DNA of 64,000 nt, taken from Polyangiales bacterium. Its GTDB lineage: Bacteria; Myxococcota_A; Polyangia; Polyangiales; Polyangiaceae. The first letter of the stretch is position 1, and each line of letters begins with the position of its first letter. Both the position numbers and the translations under genes were made by a program. The stretch lies in contig JBBRNJ010000042.1 in NCBI GenBank assembly GCA_038230375.1, positions 1 to 64,000 of the forward strand, given 5' to 3'. Below the pieces are notes generated by a model. The model was not told where the DNA came from. It ran no database searches and saw nothing but the letters and a program-made list of their open reading frames with translations. Below are positions 8,491-20,153 of this stretch, one piece after another.

Positions 8491-11400
8491 ATGGACGGTT
8501 CGTTGCATTCACCTCCACGCATACCTGGCGTCGAGCTCGGCGAGGAGCTCGGTCACGGAGCTCACTCCACCGTCTATCGCGCGCGCATCCGTGACGTGCC
8601 CTGCGCGGTCAAGGTTCCGCGCACGCGCGGCCGATGGGTGAGATGGGTCTATCGCGAGGCCGTCGCTCTCGCCCGGGTCCGCCACGCAGCGCTGCCCGTC
8701 GTGCTGGAGGTGGGGGAGGCCAGCGACGTCCCCTACCTGGTGCTGGAGCTCGTGGAGGGCGAGACCCTGGCGGAGCGTATTGCGCGCTCCCCTCTCGGCG
8801 AGGCGGCCGCGATCGATCTGGCGCTCACGCTCGCCAACGCGCTCGCCGCCGTCCACGACGCTGGTCTCGTCCATCGCGACGTGAAGCCGCGCAACATCAT
8901 CGTGGAGCGCAGCGGCGCGGTGCGCCTCGTCGACTTCGGCTTCGCGGCTCCCGTCGAGCTCCTTGCGAGCGGGTCCGAGAGCCCGGCCGGAACCCCGCGG
9001 TACGCAGCGCCCGAGCAGTTCCGCGGTCCGCGGCGTGTGGACGGTCGCACCGATCTCTACGCTCTCGGTGCGGTGCTGCTGGAGTGCCTTGGCAGCGACA
9101 AGAGCGCACTCACGCCCGGCATGGAGCGCGTCATCACCGACCTCATGGCGGACGCACCCGACGAGCGCTATCCCGACGCGCGCGCCCTCGAGGAAGACCT
9201 CCATCTCGTCCGCGCGGAGAAGGCGCCGCGCGGCGCTCGCGCGTACGCCGCAACGCCACGCGAGCCGCTGCGTGCGGTCCGCGAGCGGCAGCTCGGCGCG
9301 CTGCAGAAGCTCGCCACTGCCACGGAAAGGAAGGGCGGCTCCGTAGCGCTCGTCCGCGGAGGCCCGGGCTCCGGCAAGTCGCATCTCCTCGCATCGTTCG
9401 CGGCCCGCCTCAAGAATCACGGAGCACAGGTGGTGAGCGTGCGCTGCGGCCCGGGAGACGAAGCGCTCGCCACGCTGCAGAACGTCCTCGTCTCGATCGC
9501 ATCCGAGCCTGCCGGGCTCGCTGCGCTGCGGACGGCTGCCGCGGGTGAGCTCGGGGCGTTCGTCGCACTCTGCGCACCGGCGCTGGACGAGATGAAGACA
9601 GCCGGCTCGCGCGCGAGCGACCTGGTCTCCAGCACCGACGCGTTCGCGGCGGCCATGGCGGAGGTGCTGGTCCGCCTGTGTCGCATCCGCGGCACCATGC
9701 ACCTCGTGGTGGACGATCTGCAGTGGATCGATCCGGTGAGCCGCGAGGTCCTCGCTCGCTTCGCATATCGCGTCCACGAGACGAGCTCCCTTCTGATCTT
9801 CGGCGCGCGCCCCGAGATCGATGGAAGCGCGGCCGCGGAGCTCATACTCACGCTCCCGCCGGCGCGCGTCACGAGCATCGAGCTCGACGCGCTCTCATTT
9901 GGCCAGGTAGGCGCCCTCGTGGCGACGCACCTTGGCATCGTGGTATCCGACGAGCTCCTCGTCAGCCGGGTCTCCGCCCTCGCGGACGGCACACCGCTCG
10001 GGGTCCTCCACTTGCTCGGCGCGCTCCTTGACGTCGGCGCCGTGCGGCCGCAGGCAGGAGCATGGCAGTTCGACGCGGAGCGGGTCGACAGGATCGAGCT
10101 TGGACAGGGGTCGCTCTCGCTGCTCGAGCGTCGCCTCTCCCTCCTGCCACCCGCATCCCGAAAGGTGATGGATGCCGCTGCGGTGCTCGGGTCCATGTTC
10201 GACGATGCGATGCTCGCGCGGCTGTTCGGGCTCTCGCTCGCCGATCTCGACTACGCGCTCGACGACGGACGGCGGAACGGGCTCCTGGAGCGTGAGAGTG
10301 TCGGGCGTCATCGCTTCGTGCATGACACGCTGCGAGAGCTCCTGATCTCCGCGCTCCCTCCCGCAGGTCTTCGCGCGCTGCACCAGAGGCTCGCCGAGAC
10401 ATACGACGCCGGGCCGTGCACCGACCTGCGTGCGCTCTGTGCCCGCGCCGATCACTACGGCCAAGGGGAGCTCGATCGCGCACCAGCCGCCGCCTTCCAC
10501 GCCGCCGCCGAGGCTGCCGACGCCGTTCTTCAGCGCTTCGACAACGAGATGGCACTTCGCTATCTCGACCTCCAGGAGAGCGTCGCTTCGCGGGCCGGTC
10601 TCACGCTTGACGCCACGTTTCATACGCGCCGTGGTGATGCCGCGCTGCGGGTCGGGGCGTTCGACGCGAGCGCGCGTGCGTTCGGCGCCGCGCTGGAGAT
10701 CGCAGACGATCGCCTGACGCGTGCGACGCTGTACGGACGGATTGCCTGGGTTCATCAGACGCGCGGCGAGCCCGATGCCGAGCGGGCCGCGCACGCCGCC
10801 CTCGATCAAGCGTTCGCTGCGCTCTCGGCGCGCAGCCCATCGGAGACGCCGCTCAGCGCTGCCATCGGGTTCGCGGCGCTCGCCGTGGGCGAGCTGTCCT
10901 CTCGCATTTCGGAAGGTGATGGCGGTCGCGCCCGGCCAGAGATCGAACTTCTCTGCGAGCTCTACTACCAGTCCGCCCGGCTCGGCATGGAGTATGGCAA
11001 GCCGCTGCTCCTTGTACAGAGCGCCCTGTCCGCGCGCCGGCTGGCGGTCCGCCTTCCGCCATGTCGGGCGCGCGCCCGTGCACATGCGATGGTGGGTGTG
11101 GTCGCTACCGCGGTGGGCCGCGTGCAGTCGGGCGCGGAGCAGCTTGCGATCGCAAAGGCGATGTCGCTCGAGCTGCGCGACCCGGCGACGCACACGTTCT
11201 GCCTGCAGCTGGAGGCCGTGGCGGCAAGCATCACCGGGGACTTCGACCGCACGATGCAGCTCTTCCAGCTGTGCATGGACGAGCACGGTCACTGGCTGGA
11301 GCTGAACGACTACTGCCTGATGGCGACGAGCATCGAGACCGGCCAGTGGCTCAAGGGCCAGGCGCACCAGAGCCGGGCGGTGATCTCCCTCGCGGTCGAG

Positions 11401-13839
11401 CGACTTCGCCGCAACCATCACGTGCCCGCCGGGTTCTCCGCGTTCGTAGTGCTGCGCGCGCGGGCAGCGCTGGCGGAGGCTGGTCGGCCGCTCGACGACG
11501 ACCCGTGGCTTGTCGCGCGGTACGAGGCTGCTTGCCGCTGGGCCGAGACGGGCCGGGGATTCCTCCACATGCAGTGCTGGGGGCCCCGCCTTCGAATGCT
11601 CATTGCGGTGGATGATATCTCTGGCCAGCTCGAGGCGCTCACCAGCACGTTCGAACACGGGGGCTTCTCGCCGGGCTCCACGCACCTCACCATGAGCGAC
11701 TACTTCGTCGCGGCCGCTCACACGCGGATCGATGCCGTGCTGCGCGCGCCGGAGGCAGAGCGCGCGCTCCTCGTGCCCGCCCTGAAGAAGGCGACCGCGG
11801 ACCTGTGCGCTGCCGCGAAGGCCCGCCCACTTCGCGTGCATGCGCTGCTCGCGGAAGGGCACCTCGCGCGGGTGTTGGGGAGCGAACGCAAGGCGCGTAA
11901 GCTCTTCGCAGAGGCGGAAGAGCTCGCTCACGAGGTGAACTGCTCGTGGGTGCTCTCCGCGCTCGCCCGGGCACGCGCCCACGTGCTCCGCGAGCAGGGC
12001 AGGGAGGAGGCGGCCCGAGACCAGGCGCGGATCGCGCTCCTCCTCGCGACGGATCAAGGCGCGGTGGTCCGCGCGAAGATGATCCAGGAGGAGTTCCAGC
12101 TTCCCACCGCCGACGCCACACCGCGTGGGAACGAGTCTCGCTCGAGCGTACAGTCCGCGTCCCGCCGGGCGCAGCGCCAGCTCGCATCGCTGCTCAACGT
12201 GGTGGGCGCCGCGCAGCCGGGCATGCGCCCCAGCGAGCAAGCGGAGATCATCCTGGATAACCTGGTCCGCGATCTGGAGGCGGAGCGCGCCACGCTCTGG
12301 TTCCACGCGGACGCAGCCACACCAGAGCTGCGGCTCGTGCGAACACGGTCTGGCGCGAACGGCCCCCCAGCGGAGCAGGGCGGACCTCGCGACGAGCTCC
12401 TGCGCCGCGTCCGCACCACGGGCGAGCCGTGGCCGCCGCGCGCCGAGAGCCTCCATGGCGTCGGCGGGTCGCTTGACCCGAAGCGCGCGCTCGTTTTTCC
12501 TCTGTTCCTCTACGACGCGCCGGTGGGAGTCGTGTGCCTGGAGCGCCGCGGAGTCGAGGCGCCGTGGAGCCGCGACGAGCGCGAGGTGTTCGAGCTCGTG
12601 TCACTCCAGATCCCGGTGGCCATCGAGATCTGCCGCCTCCTGTCCGAGCGCGCCGAGATGGAGGCACACCTTCTCCAGGCGCAGAAGATGGAGGCCGTGG
12701 GCCAGCTGGCCGGCGGAGTCGCGCACGACTTCAACAACATGCTCACCGGGATCAAGGCGTCCATCGAGGCGATTGCTGCCATCGCCGACCGCGACCGCCT
12801 GGGCGCGATCACCGACGAGCTCGTGATCATCTCGCAGACGACCGGACGAGCCGCGCGCCTCACGAAGGAGCTACTCTCGTTCTCTCGTCACCAGCCCGCC
12901 TCGTTCTCCGAGGTCGACGTCAACGCGGCGCTCAACGAGCTGTTGCCCATGTTGCAGCGCATGGTGAGCGCGAGTGTCCGCATTGATGTGCGTCTCGCCC
13001 GGCACCTGCGCACGGTCCACACGGACCGCGCGAAGTTCGATCAGGCGATCGTCAACCTGGTCCTGAACGCCCGCGATGCCATGGGGGAGCGTCGGGACCC
13101 GCAGATCTCCATCACCACGCGAGAGGTCGTCCTGGACGAAGAGGCCGTGCGTCGCGGTGCGCCCAGGGCGGGCGACTATATCGCGGTCGACGTCACGGAC
13201 ATTGGTACCGGCATGCCGCCCGAGGTGAAGGCCAAGGTGTTCGATCCGTTCTTCACCACGAAGCCTCTGGGGTCCGGCACTGGCCTTGGCCTCACCACGG
13301 TCTACGGCTTCGTGAAGCACTCCGCGGGATACATCTCCGTCGACAGCGAGGTCGGGCGCGGCACCACGTTCCACATCCACCTGCCGCCCTCGCTGAACGC
13401 GATCCGCCACGTGAGCGAGCGACCGAGCGGCACGTCGCTCATCCACGGCTTGCCGCGCGGCGATCACGCGATCCTCGTCGTCGACGACGACAAGCTCGTG
13501 CGCGACTCCGTCATCCGTGTCCTCACGCGCGCGGGCTATCGTACGTTCGCCGCAGCTGGCGGCTCGGACGCGCTCGAGCTCATGGAGACGAAGAAGCACG
13601 ACATCGCCCTTGTTGTCCTGGACATCATGATGCCGGGCATGACGGGGCCGGAGCTGGCGCAGCGCTTCGCGGAGCGGCGCATCCCCGCGAAGGTGCTCTT
13701 CGTCTCTGGCTTCGCGCCGGGTGCGCTGCCGGCCGCAGCGCGCGCCGTGACCCGCGAGTCGCTCCTGCAGAAGCCGTTCGAGAACGCCGATTTGCTCCGC
13801 CGCGTGGCGCAGCTACTCGACCACGTGGGCGACGCATAG
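8491..13839 (+). CDS. Hybrid Ser/Thr kinase - AAA/STAND-like ATPase - helical repeat - GAF - histidine kinase - receiver protein
   Basis: [22 protein letters not shown] and [62 protein letters not shown]. Confidence 0.92.
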   Translation: MDGSLHSPPRIPGVELGEELGHGAHSTVYRARIRDVPCAVKVPRTRGRWVRWVYREAVALARVRHAALPVVLEVGEASDVPYLVLELVEGETLAERIARSPLGEAAAIDLALTLANALAAVHDAGLVHRDVKPRNIIVERSGAVRLVDFGFAAPVELLASGSESPAGTPRYAAPEQFRGPRRVDGRTDLYALGAVLLECLGSDKSALTPGMERVITDLMADAPDERYPDARALEEDLHLVRAEKAPRGARAYAATPREPLRAVRERQLGALQKLATATERKGGSVALVRGGPGSGKSHLLASFAARLKNHGAQVVSVRCGPGDEALATLQNVLVSIASEPAGLAALRTAAAGELGAFVALCAPALDEMKTAGSRASDLVSSTDAFAAAMAEVLVRLCRIRGTMHLVVDDLQWIDPVSREVLARFAYRVHETSSLLIFGARPEIDGSAAAELILTLPPARVTSIELDALSFGQVGALVATHLGIVVSDELLVSRVSALADGTPLGVLHLLGALLDVGAVRPQAGAWQFDAERVDRIELGQGSLSLLERRLSLLPPASRKVMDAAAVLGSMFDDAMLARLFGLSLADLDYALDDGRRNGLLERESVGRHRFVHDTLRELLISALPPAGLRALHQRLAETYDAGPCTDLRALCARADHYGQGELDRAPAAAFHAAAEAADAVLQRFDNEMALRYLDLQESVASRAGLTLDATFHTRRGDAALRVGAFDASARAFGAALEIADDRLTRATLYGRIAWVHQTRGEPDAERAAHAALDQAFAALSARSPSETPLSAAIGFAALAVGELSSRISEGDGGRARPEIELLCELYYQSARLGMEYGKPLLLVQSALSARRLAVRLPPCRARARAHAMVGVVATAVGRVQSGAEQLAIAKAMSLELRDPATHTFCLQLEAVAASITGDFDRTMQLFQLCMDEHGHWLELNDYCLMATSIETGQWLKGQAHQSRAVISLAVERLRRNHHVPAGFSAFVVLRARAALAEAGRPLDDDPWLVARYEAACRWAETGRGFLHMQCWGPRLRMLIAVDDISGQLEALTSTFEHGGFSPGSTHLTMSDYFVAAAHTRIDAVLRAPEAERALLVPALKKATADLCAAAKARPLRVHALLAEGHLARVLGSERKARKLFAEAEELAHEVNCSWVLSALARARAHVLREQGREEAARDQARIALLLATDQGAVVRAKMIQEEFQLPTADATPRGNESRSSVQSASRRAQRQLASLLNVVGAAQPGMRPSEQAEIILDNLVRDLEAERATLWFHADAATPELRLVRTRSGANGPPAEQGGPRDELLRRVRTTGEPWPPRAESLHGVGGSLDPKRALVFPLFLYDAPVGVVCLERRGVEAPWSRDEREVFELVSLQIPVAIEICRLLSERAEMEAHLLQAQKMEAVGQLAGGVAHDFNNMLTGIKASIEAIAAIADRDRLGAITDELVIISQTTGRAARLTKELLSFSRHQPASFSEVDVNAALNELLPMLQRMVSASVRIDVRLARHLRTVHTDRAKFDQAIVNLVLNARDAMGERRDPQISITTREVVLDEEAVRRGAPRAGDYIAVDVTDIGTGMPPEVKAKVFDPFFTTKPLGSGTGLGLTTVYGFVKHSAGYISVDSEVGRGTTFHIHLPPSLNAIRHVSERPSGTSLIHGLPRGDHAILVVDDDKLVRDSVIRVLTRAGYRTFAAAGGSDALELMETKKHDIALVVLDIMMPGMTGPELAQRFAERRIPAKVLFVSGFAPGALPAAARAVTRESLLQKPFENADLLRRVAQLLDHVGDA

Positions 13840-14481
13840 CTTCTCGAGCTCGTGCCGATCGAAGTAGGGCGCAGTGAAGGTCTTGCCCTCGGACTCGAAG
13901 CGCGCCTTCGACACTGCTTTCATCTCCGCGATCACGCGGTGAAAGGCGTCGTCGTCGAGACCGATGGCGTCGCGGTTCACGAGCAGCCACACCAGCGCGG
14001 ACACGTCGCACTGGAGCTCCGTCATCGCTCGCTCCTCGAACGGCCCATGGTTGTGGAAGTGTGCCCAGTCGTGCAGACCCCACACGAGGGCGTTCAGGTT
14101 GTCTGCGGCCAGCCAGAGGTAGTCCTTCGGTACAAGGCGCCGCTCGAAGAAGGCGTCCGTGGCGTCATCGATGCCGTAGGGGGCGAGCGCCCATTCGTCC
14201 CGAAGGCCCATGCCCAGCGCGTGCAGCGACGCCAGCTCACGTGGTAGAAAGGTGCATTCTGCATGCATCACGAAGACCATGCGCGCGGGATTTCCCCCGT
14301 CGATCGGCGTGGTCCTGTCGAAAGCAACGAACCCCTGGCGCGCGTGCTCGTCCGCCTGCTCGTCCGGGCGCCCCCACGTGAGGGTCGAAAGGGGCGCGTG
14401 GCCGAAGCCGTCGAACACCCCCTTGGCCACGAAGGGACGGAGCTCTGGAATCGATGGCGTAGCGAGGAGCGTGCAAAACAC
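13813..14481 (-). CDS. Hypothetical protein with an HDWAH(F)HNH His-rich motif
   Basis: Coding-like composition; convergent with the hybrid kinase with a short overlap. Start uncertain. Confidence 0.7.
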   Translation of the reverse strand: MFCTLLATPSIPELRPFVAKGVFDGFGHAPLSTLTWGRPDEQADEHARQGFVAFDRTTPIDGGNPARMVFVMHAECTFLPRELASLHALGMGLRDEWALAPYGIDDATDAFFERRLVPKDYLWLAADNLNALVWGLHDWAHFHNHGPFEERAMTELQCDVSALVWLLVNRDAIGLDDDAFHRVIAEMKAVSKARFESEGKTFTAPYFDRHELEKLCVAHVVE

Positions 14482-14488
14482 TTTTTTT

Positions 14489-14497
14489 TGGTATGCT
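14489..14497 (+). promoter_or_regulatory. Possible extended -10 promoter for sspB
   Basis: TG-G-TATGCT preceded by a T tract, 17 nt before the ATG at 14515. Confidence 0.3.
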
Positions 14498-14514
14498 CGA
14501 CCGAAGCGCTGACG

Positions 14515-15390
14515 ATGTCACAGATCCTGCCGCCGAAGAAAGATGTCGCGCTGGCGCTCCTCGAGCGTGCCAGTGTCTTCGTGCACCTCGATCCTCGAGG
14601 CGTGGGCGTCGTCGTGCCGATGCATTTCAAGAAGCAGCCGCGGCTGGTCCTCCAGATCGGCTTGAACATGGCGGTGCCCATCCCGGACCTGCGTCTGGAT
14701 GACCAGGGCCTGTCGTGCACGCTCAGCTTCAACCGCTCGCTCTTCCACTGCGTGGTGCCCTGGTCCGGCATCTTCGCGCTCGTAGGTGAGGACGGTCGCG
14801 GCATGGTCTGGCCAGAGGACGTACCGCAAGAGATCGCCCGCGAGATGTCTCCTCAGAAGGATGAAGGCAAGACCGACGGCAGTCCTGCGGCCCCGATAGG
14901 TGGAACGGGCGGCCCCACTGGCATCGCCGGTGGTCGCAAGCGACCGCAGATGTCGCTCGTGTCCAGCCCGAGCGCGGATCCAAAGCGCCCGAGCAAGCGC
15001 GCGGGCAGCGGGAGCAAGTCGCCGGCGGCCGATGCGCGCCGAAAGCGCGACGACACCGACAAGCCCACGCTCTTCAAGGTGGGCGACGGCGACGGGCACG
15101 GAAAGCCGAGCAAGCCGAGCAAGCCCACGCAGATCGGGCGTCACACCCCGTCCGCGCCGTCCGCCAAAGACGCACGCGGTCGGTCCGCTGTCGACCGGGC
15201 CGAGGAGAAACCCAGCGATAAATCGAAGGGTGAGGACCACGGAAGCGCGAAGCCCGCAGGTGCAGGCCAACCCAGCGCTCCTCCCAGTCCCCCCACTCCT
15301 TCCACGGCTCCGCGTACTCCCGGGAGCTCGCCGCCGGGCAAGCGCTCACCGAAGCGCGAGCTGCCGCCGTATCTTCGCGTCGTGAAGTAG
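14515..15390 (+). CDS. sspB: SspB-like ClpXP adaptor (stringent starvation protein B family)
   Basis: LSFN...VPWSGIFAL core, long disordered linker, C-terminal YLRVVK ClpX-binding tail. Confidence 0.8.
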   Translation: MSQILPPKKDVALALLERASVFVHLDPRGVGVVVPMHFKKQPRLVLQIGLNMAVPIPDLRLDDQGLSCTLSFNRSLFHCVVPWSGIFALVGEDGRGMVWPEDVPQEIAREMSPQKDEGKTDGSPAAPIGGTGGPTGIAGGRKRPQMSLVSSPSADPKRPSKRAGSGSKSPAADARRKRDDTDKPTLFKVGDGDGHGKPSKPSKPTQIGRHTPSAPSAKDARGRSAVDRAEEKPSDKSKGEDHGSAKPAGAGQPSAPPSPPTPSTAPRTPGSSPPGKRSPKRELPPYLRVVK

Positions 15391-15395
15391 GCGAC

Positions 15396-16517
15396 GTGAA
15401 GTCTCTCGTCGTGGTCGTCGTGGCCGTCATCATCTGCGTCGGCCTCGACCTTGGTCTCGACAGCGTCATCAAGGACAGCTCGCTCCGCCAGCTGCTCATG
15501 CTGTCGGCGTGCAACATCCTGGTCGCGCTCTCGCTCAACGTGATCAACGGCATGGCGGGGCAGTTCTCCATCGGCCACGCGGGCTTCATCGGCATTGGCG
15601 GCTACACGAGCGCCATCGTCAGCGCGCACCTGCATCAGGCGCTCGGCGGCGGTGCCGTGACGTTCGGCAAGTCGTTCGTCGTGGTGCCGATCGCGTTGCT
15701 GGCGTCGTCGGCCATTGCCGGGGTGTTCGGGCTGCTCGTGGGCTTGCCCAGCTTGCGCCTCAAGGGCGACTACCTTGCGATCGTGACGCTGGGCTTCGCG
15801 GAGATCTTCCGTCTGGTGATCGCCACCGCGCAGGCCAGCGCCGCGAACCAGTCCGTGGGCGCGGTCTTCCATGCGCGCGGCGTGTTCGCGGGCCTTTCTG
15901 CTGCGGTGTCGAACATGGGCGGACAGAACGGCTACGCAGGCCTCCACAACGAGGGCGTGCCGCTCTATGCGGGACCGTTCTGGATCATCGGGCTTGCGCT
16001 GCTCCTGGGCGTTGTCGCGTGGCGCCTCAAGTTCTCGGGCTGGGGCCGTGCGCTCCGCGCCCTTCGCGAGGACGAGATCGCCGCTGGCGCCGTGGGTGTG
16101 GACCCCACGCGCTACAAGGTCACCTCTTTCGTGATCGCGGCGGTGGGCGCAGGGATCGCCGGCGGCCTCATGGCCATGAACCGCGACGGCACGCCCACTG
16201 TACAACCGGACATGTACAACTTCGCGTCCAGCTTCGACGCGATCACCATGGTCATCCTGGGCGGCTCTGGCAGCGTCACCGGCGCGGCGATCGGCGGCGT
16301 GTTCGTCACGCTCACGGTCAAGGCCATCGAGTACGTGCAGAGCACCGACGTGGTGCAGAACCTGAAGCGGACCTCGTTCCAGTCGCTCGACCTCAACGCG
16401 CTGCGCATGATCATCTACGCGGGCGTGCTCATCGCGCTCATGATCGTGCGTCCGGAAGGTTTGCTCGGCGAACGCGAAATCACGCAGAAAAAGGCCGGAA
16501 AGAAGGCGCTCGCCTAG
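15396..16517 (+). CDS. livM: Branched-chain amino acid ABC transporter permease
   Basis: GQFSIGHAGF, LRLKGDYLAIVTLGF, ALREDEIAA and RPEGLLG motifs. Confidence 0.9.
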   Translation: MKSLVVVVVAVIICVGLDLGLDSVIKDSSLRQLLMLSACNILVALSLNVINGMAGQFSIGHAGFIGIGGYTSAIVSAHLHQALGGGAVTFGKSFVVVPIALLASSAIAGVFGLLVGLPSLRLKGDYLAIVTLGFAEIFRLVIATAQASAANQSVGAVFHARGVFAGLSAAVSNMGGQNGYAGLHNEGVPLYAGPFWIIGLALLLGVVAWRLKFSGWGRALRALREDEIAAGAVGVDPTRYKVTSFVIAAVGAGIAGGLMAMNRDGTPTVQPDMYNFASSFDAITMVILGGSGSVTGAAIGGVFVTLTVKAIEYVQSTDVVQNLKRTSFQSLDLNALRMIIYAGVLIALMIVRPEGLLGEREITQKKAGKKALA

Positions 16518-17357
16518 ATGCCGCGGATCCCCTCCGAAGGCGTACCGTCCGAAGGCGCTACCCCGCTGGCACGCTCCGAAGGCGCGCGCCTTGTGCTCTC
16601 TCACGTCTCGAAGAACTTCGGCGGCCTCCGCGCCGTCGGCGACGTGAGCTTCACGGTGCCTCCCAAGGCAATCTTCGGCCTCATCGGTCCGAACGGCGCG
16701 GGCAAGACCACCGTCTTCAACTTGATCACCGGCGTCTACAAGCACGATGCGGGCTCGATCACGTTCGGTGACGAAGACCTCAAGCCCAAGAAACCGGCGC
16801 AGATCGCGGCCGCGGGAATCGCGCGTACGTTCCAGAACATTCGGCTCTTCTCGCAGCTCACGGTCCTGGAGAACCTGCTGGTGGCCACGGAGCTGGCGAA
16901 GAGCGCGGGACTCTTCTCGTCCATCCTCCGCACCGCCGCACACCACTCGGATGAGGAGGTCTCGCGCAAGCAGGCGAAGGAGCTCCTCAAGGTCTTCGAT
17001 CTGGAGAGCGTCGCGGACGAGCCCTCCACGTCGCTGCCGTACGGCAACCAGCGCCGCCTGGAGATCGCGCGCGCGATGATGTTGAAGCCCAAGCTGCTGC
17101 TCCTGGACGAGCCCGCCGCGGGCATGAACTATGGAGAGGCGGAGGGCCTCAAGACCCAGATCAAATGGCTGCGGGACGAGTTCTCGCTCACCGTCGTGCT
17201 CGTGGAGCACAACATGCAGGTCGTCATGGGCGTGTGCGAGGACATCCACGTGCTCGACCACGGCGAGACCATCGCGCACGGCACGCCCGCAGAGGTGAAG
17301 AAGCATCCCAAGGTGCTGGCCGCGTACCTTGGCGAGGACGAGGAGTCCCACGGCTGA
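16518..17357 (+). CDS. livG: Branched-chain amino acid ABC transporter ATPase
   Basis: [22 protein letters not shown] and LLLDEPAAG motifs. Confidence 0.92.
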   Translation: MPRIPSEGVPSEGATPLARSEGARLVLSHVSKNFGGLRAVGDVSFTVPPKAIFGLIGPNGAGKTTVFNLITGVYKHDAGSITFGDEDLKPKKPAQIAAAGIARTFQNIRLFSQLTVLENLLVATELAKSAGLFSSILRTAAHHSDEEVSRKQAKELLKVFDLESVADEPSTSLPYGNQRRLEIARAMMLKPKLLLLDEPAAGMNYGEAEGLKTQIKWLRDEFSLTVVLVEHNMQVVMGVCEDIHVLDHGETIAHGTPAEVKKHPKVLAAYLGEDEESHG

Positions 17358-18115
17358 TGCGCGTCTTGCACCCCACGCGCCCCAAGGCCAATGTCGCTCT
17401 TGGAAAGCCGCTGCTCGTGCTCGATGGTGTCCATGTCGCGTACGGCGGCATCAAGGCGCTGAAGGGCATCTCGCTCCAGGTGAACAAGGGCGAGATCGTC
17501 GCGATGATCGGCGCGAACGGCGCTGGCAAGACGACCACGCTGAAGACCATCGCGCGCGTTCTCACGCCTACAAAGGGCGTGGTCTCGTACGCGGGCGAAA
17601 GCACCATGACGCACTCGACGGAGGGCCTTGTGGCCGTCGGCGTGTCGCTCGTGCCCGAGGGCCGCGCGATCTTCCCGAACCTCACCGTGCGCGAGAACCT
17701 GGAGATCGGCGCGTACCTCCATCGTCACCCCCAGACCATGAAGGAGACGATCGAGGACGTGACGAAGCTCTTTCCGCGCCTGGGTGAGCGCATGAGCCAG
17801 GAGGGCGGCACGCTCTCCGGCGGTGAGCAGCAGATGCTAGCGATCGGGCGGGCGCTGATGGCGCGTCCGGAGCTGCTCCTCCTGGACGAGCCGTCGCTCG
17901 GTATCGCGCCGAAGCTCGTGCAGCAGATCTTCGAGGCGATCTCCGAGATCGCCGCCGCGGGCGTGACCATCCTGCTCGTGGAGCAGAACACGCGCATCGC
18001 CCTCAAGACATCGAGCCGCGCGTATGTGCTTCGCACCGGAGAGATCGCGCTGAGCGGACCGTCGAAGGAGCTCGCGGAGAACCCGGAAATACAAGCCGCC
18101 TATCTGGGGGGCTGA
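17357..18115 (+). CDS. livF: Branched-chain amino acid ABC transporter ATPase
   Basis: GANGAGKTT, LSGGEQQML, DEPSLG and VEQN motifs; TGATG coupling to livG. Confidence 0.92.
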   Translation: MRVLHPTRPKANVALGKPLLVLDGVHVAYGGIKALKGISLQVNKGEIVAMIGANGAGKTTTLKTIARVLTPTKGVVSYAGESTMTHSTEGLVAVGVSLVPEGRAIFPNLTVRENLEIGAYLHRHPQTMKETIEDVTKLFPRLGERMSQEGGTLSGGEQQMLAIGRALMARPELLLLDEPSLGIAPKLVQQIFEAISEIAAAGVTILLVEQNTRIALKTSSRAYVLRTGEIALSGPSKELAENPEIQAAYLGG

Positions 18116-18118
18116 ACT

Positions 18119-19153
18119 CTACTGGCGGACGTTCTTGCAGGCGTTTTCGATCGTGTCCTGCGCGCGCTCCCGTGTGCGGTTGTCGCCGCCGCGCGTGGCG
18201 ACCGGGAGCGTCTTGCACGTCTCCCTGAGCTCCGTGGTCTCCGCGCCGATCGGATCAATTGCTTGTACTATGCATGCACGCGCGGCGGGCGCCTGGAAGA
18301 GCAACGCGGAGAGCGCGGGGTCGAGCTCGTGAGCGCAGCGCTTCAGCGCGAATGACAGCGGTACAGCGAGCGCGCCGTAGGTCTCTTTCGGTCGCTCGGC
18401 GAGCGCGCGCTGCCATACGATGGTGAGCCGCGGGCAGGGGAGATCTCCCTTCGCCGCCACGGAGAGCAGGCCCGGCTCGGCGGCGGTCGCAAGCCAACCG
18501 AGTACGACCTCGTCGGTCTTCGCGAGCGCTGTCACGGTTGCGACGCACGACGGGTTATCGCGCGCCTCGCTAGGGACTGCCAGCAAGGTGGACTTCGCGT
18601 CGCCCGATGCGTCGGGGCTGGAGAGGCCCTGGCACATGGCGCCGCGGGTGTGTGGGTCGACCAGGCGGCGCTCGACGGCGGCGTGTGCGCCAGGACCGAT
18701 GCTGGAGAGCACGGCGGCGATCACCGAGCCCTGCAGCGACGACGAGAGGCGCACCATCGACTGCTCCAGGTCGGTGACGAACGGCGCGACGCGAATGTCC
18801 CGTCGGGGGAGCGCGGATGCTGCGAGCCCAGCTCTGGCCGGATCGGCCAGGCCCTGACGTAGCATCTCGCCGCCCCATGGTGCGCCGCGCAGGGCGGCCG
18901 CCCACGCGGCGAGATAGACGTTCACGTCGGAGTCCGCGCGCTTCGCGAGGGCCGCACGCGCCGCCGGGTTTGTGTCCGCCAGGCGGCCAAGCGCAGCAAC
19001 TGCGTCTCCGGAGCTGGCCTCATCCAGGAAGGCCACATCCCCCTTCTGCTCCGCCTCCTGGACCGTGGGCGTGTGGCAGCCTGTGGAGATTGCTGAGGAT
19101 GCAGCAGTGCCGATCAGGACCAGGGCGAACAGCGAAGCGCGGGCGCGAGTCAC
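18119..19153 (-). CDS. Hypothetical Ala-rich helical lipoprotein
   Basis: Signal peptide ending STGC after the GTG at 19153; several Cys residues. Confidence 0.7.
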   Translation of the reverse strand: MTRARASLFALVLIGTAASSAISTGCHTPTVQEAEQKGDVAFLDEASSGDAVAALGRLADTNPAARAALAKRADSDVNVYLAAWAAALRGAPWGGEMLRQGLADPARAGLAASALPRRDIRVAPFVTDLEQSMVRLSSSLQGSVIAAVLSSIGPGAHAAVERRLVDPHTRGAMCQGLSSPDASGDAKSTLLAVPSEARDNPSCVATVTALAKTDEVVLGWLATAAEPGLLSVAAKGDLPCPRLTIVWQRALAERPKETYGALAVPLSFALKRCAHELDPALSALLFQAPAARACIVQAIDPIGAETTELRETCKTLPVATRGGDNRTRERAQDTIENACKNVRQ

Positions 19154-19208
19154 GTAGGGATGGTACCTGACCCACAACGGTGCGACAACCACCGGCATCA
19201 GAGTTGCC

Positions 19209-20135
19209 GTGAAAGTCGTCATCACAGGCGGAACGGGCTTCATCGGACAGGCGCTCTCGCGCGCTCTGACCGAGCGAGGTGACGACGTCACGGTGCTGAC
19301 GCGAGGGGTCCACAGCGACGTGCCCCGAGCGGAGACCCGCGTTCGCTTCGCGGAGTGGACGCCCGAGCACGACGGTAGCTGGACGCGCGAGCTCGACGGC
19401 GCGGATGCGGTCGTTCATCTCGCGGGAGCGGGCGTGGTCGACAAGAGCTGGACACCGGAACGACTGCGCGAGATCGAGCGCAGCCGCGTCGTTCCTGCCG
19501 ACATCCTTGCTCGCACCATGGCCCGGTCGAAGGACAAGCCGAAGGTGTTCATAAGCGGCTCCGCCGTTGGCTACTACGGCATGCGTGCGGACGACACGCC
19601 GTGCATCGAGTCCACCGCGCCAGGCACCGACGAGCTCGGCCGCATCTGCGTGGAGTGGGAGCGCGCGGCGAACCCGGCAGCCGATGCGGGGGTGCGTGTG
19701 GTGCACCCGCGCACGGGGCTCGTCCTCGGGCGTGACGGCGGCATGCTCGCGAAGATGCTTCCGGCGTTCAAAGCGTACGTCGGCGGTCCCATCGGATCGG
19801 GGCATCAGTACATGCCATGGATCCACATGGAGGACGCGGTGCGCGCGCTTCTCTTCGCGATCGACAGCGACACGCTGTCCGGCCCCGTGAACGTGGTTGC
19901 ACCGAACCCGGTCACGATGGACGAGTTCAGCCAGACGCTCGGCTGCGCGCTGCACCGGCCCTGTCTGTTTCGCGTGCCGTCGTTCGCGGCGAAGCTCGCG
20001 CTGGGCGAACGGAGCCGCGCGGTGCTCACCGGCCAGCGCGCGCTGCCCGCGAAGCTGGACGCGGCGAACTTCGCCTTCCTGTTCCCCACCATTCGCTGCG
20101 CGCTAGAGGATCTCTTCGGCGAAGCCGCCCACTGA
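19209..20135 (+). CDS. TIGR01777/YfcH-family NAD-dependent epimerase-like oxidoreductase
   Basis: ITGGTGFIG, SAVGYYG, WIHMED and GPVNVVAP motifs. Confidence 0.9.
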   Translation: MKVVITGGTGFIGQALSRALTERGDDVTVLTRGVHSDVPRAETRVRFAEWTPEHDGSWTRELDGADAVVHLAGAGVVDKSWTPERLREIERSRVVPADILARTMARSKDKPKVFISGSAVGYYGMRADDTPCIESTAPGTDELGRICVEWERAANPAADAGVRVVHPRTGLVLGRDGGMLAKMLPAFKAYVGGPIGSGHQYMPWIHMEDAVRALLFAIDSDTLSGPVNVVAPNPVTMDEFSQTLGCALHRPCLFRVPSFAAKLALGERSRAVLTGQRALPAKLDAANFAFLFPTIRCALEDLFGEAAH

Positions 20136-20153
20136 GTTACGCTCGCGCCTGGT

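Noticed and set aside
9895..12456. Long antisense or alternate-frame ORFs (e.g. 853 aa here, 15141-17351, 37979-40591, 22434-24311)
   Set aside because: They shadow well-supported genes, are Arg/Ala-rich without motifs, and are expected in high-GC DNA.
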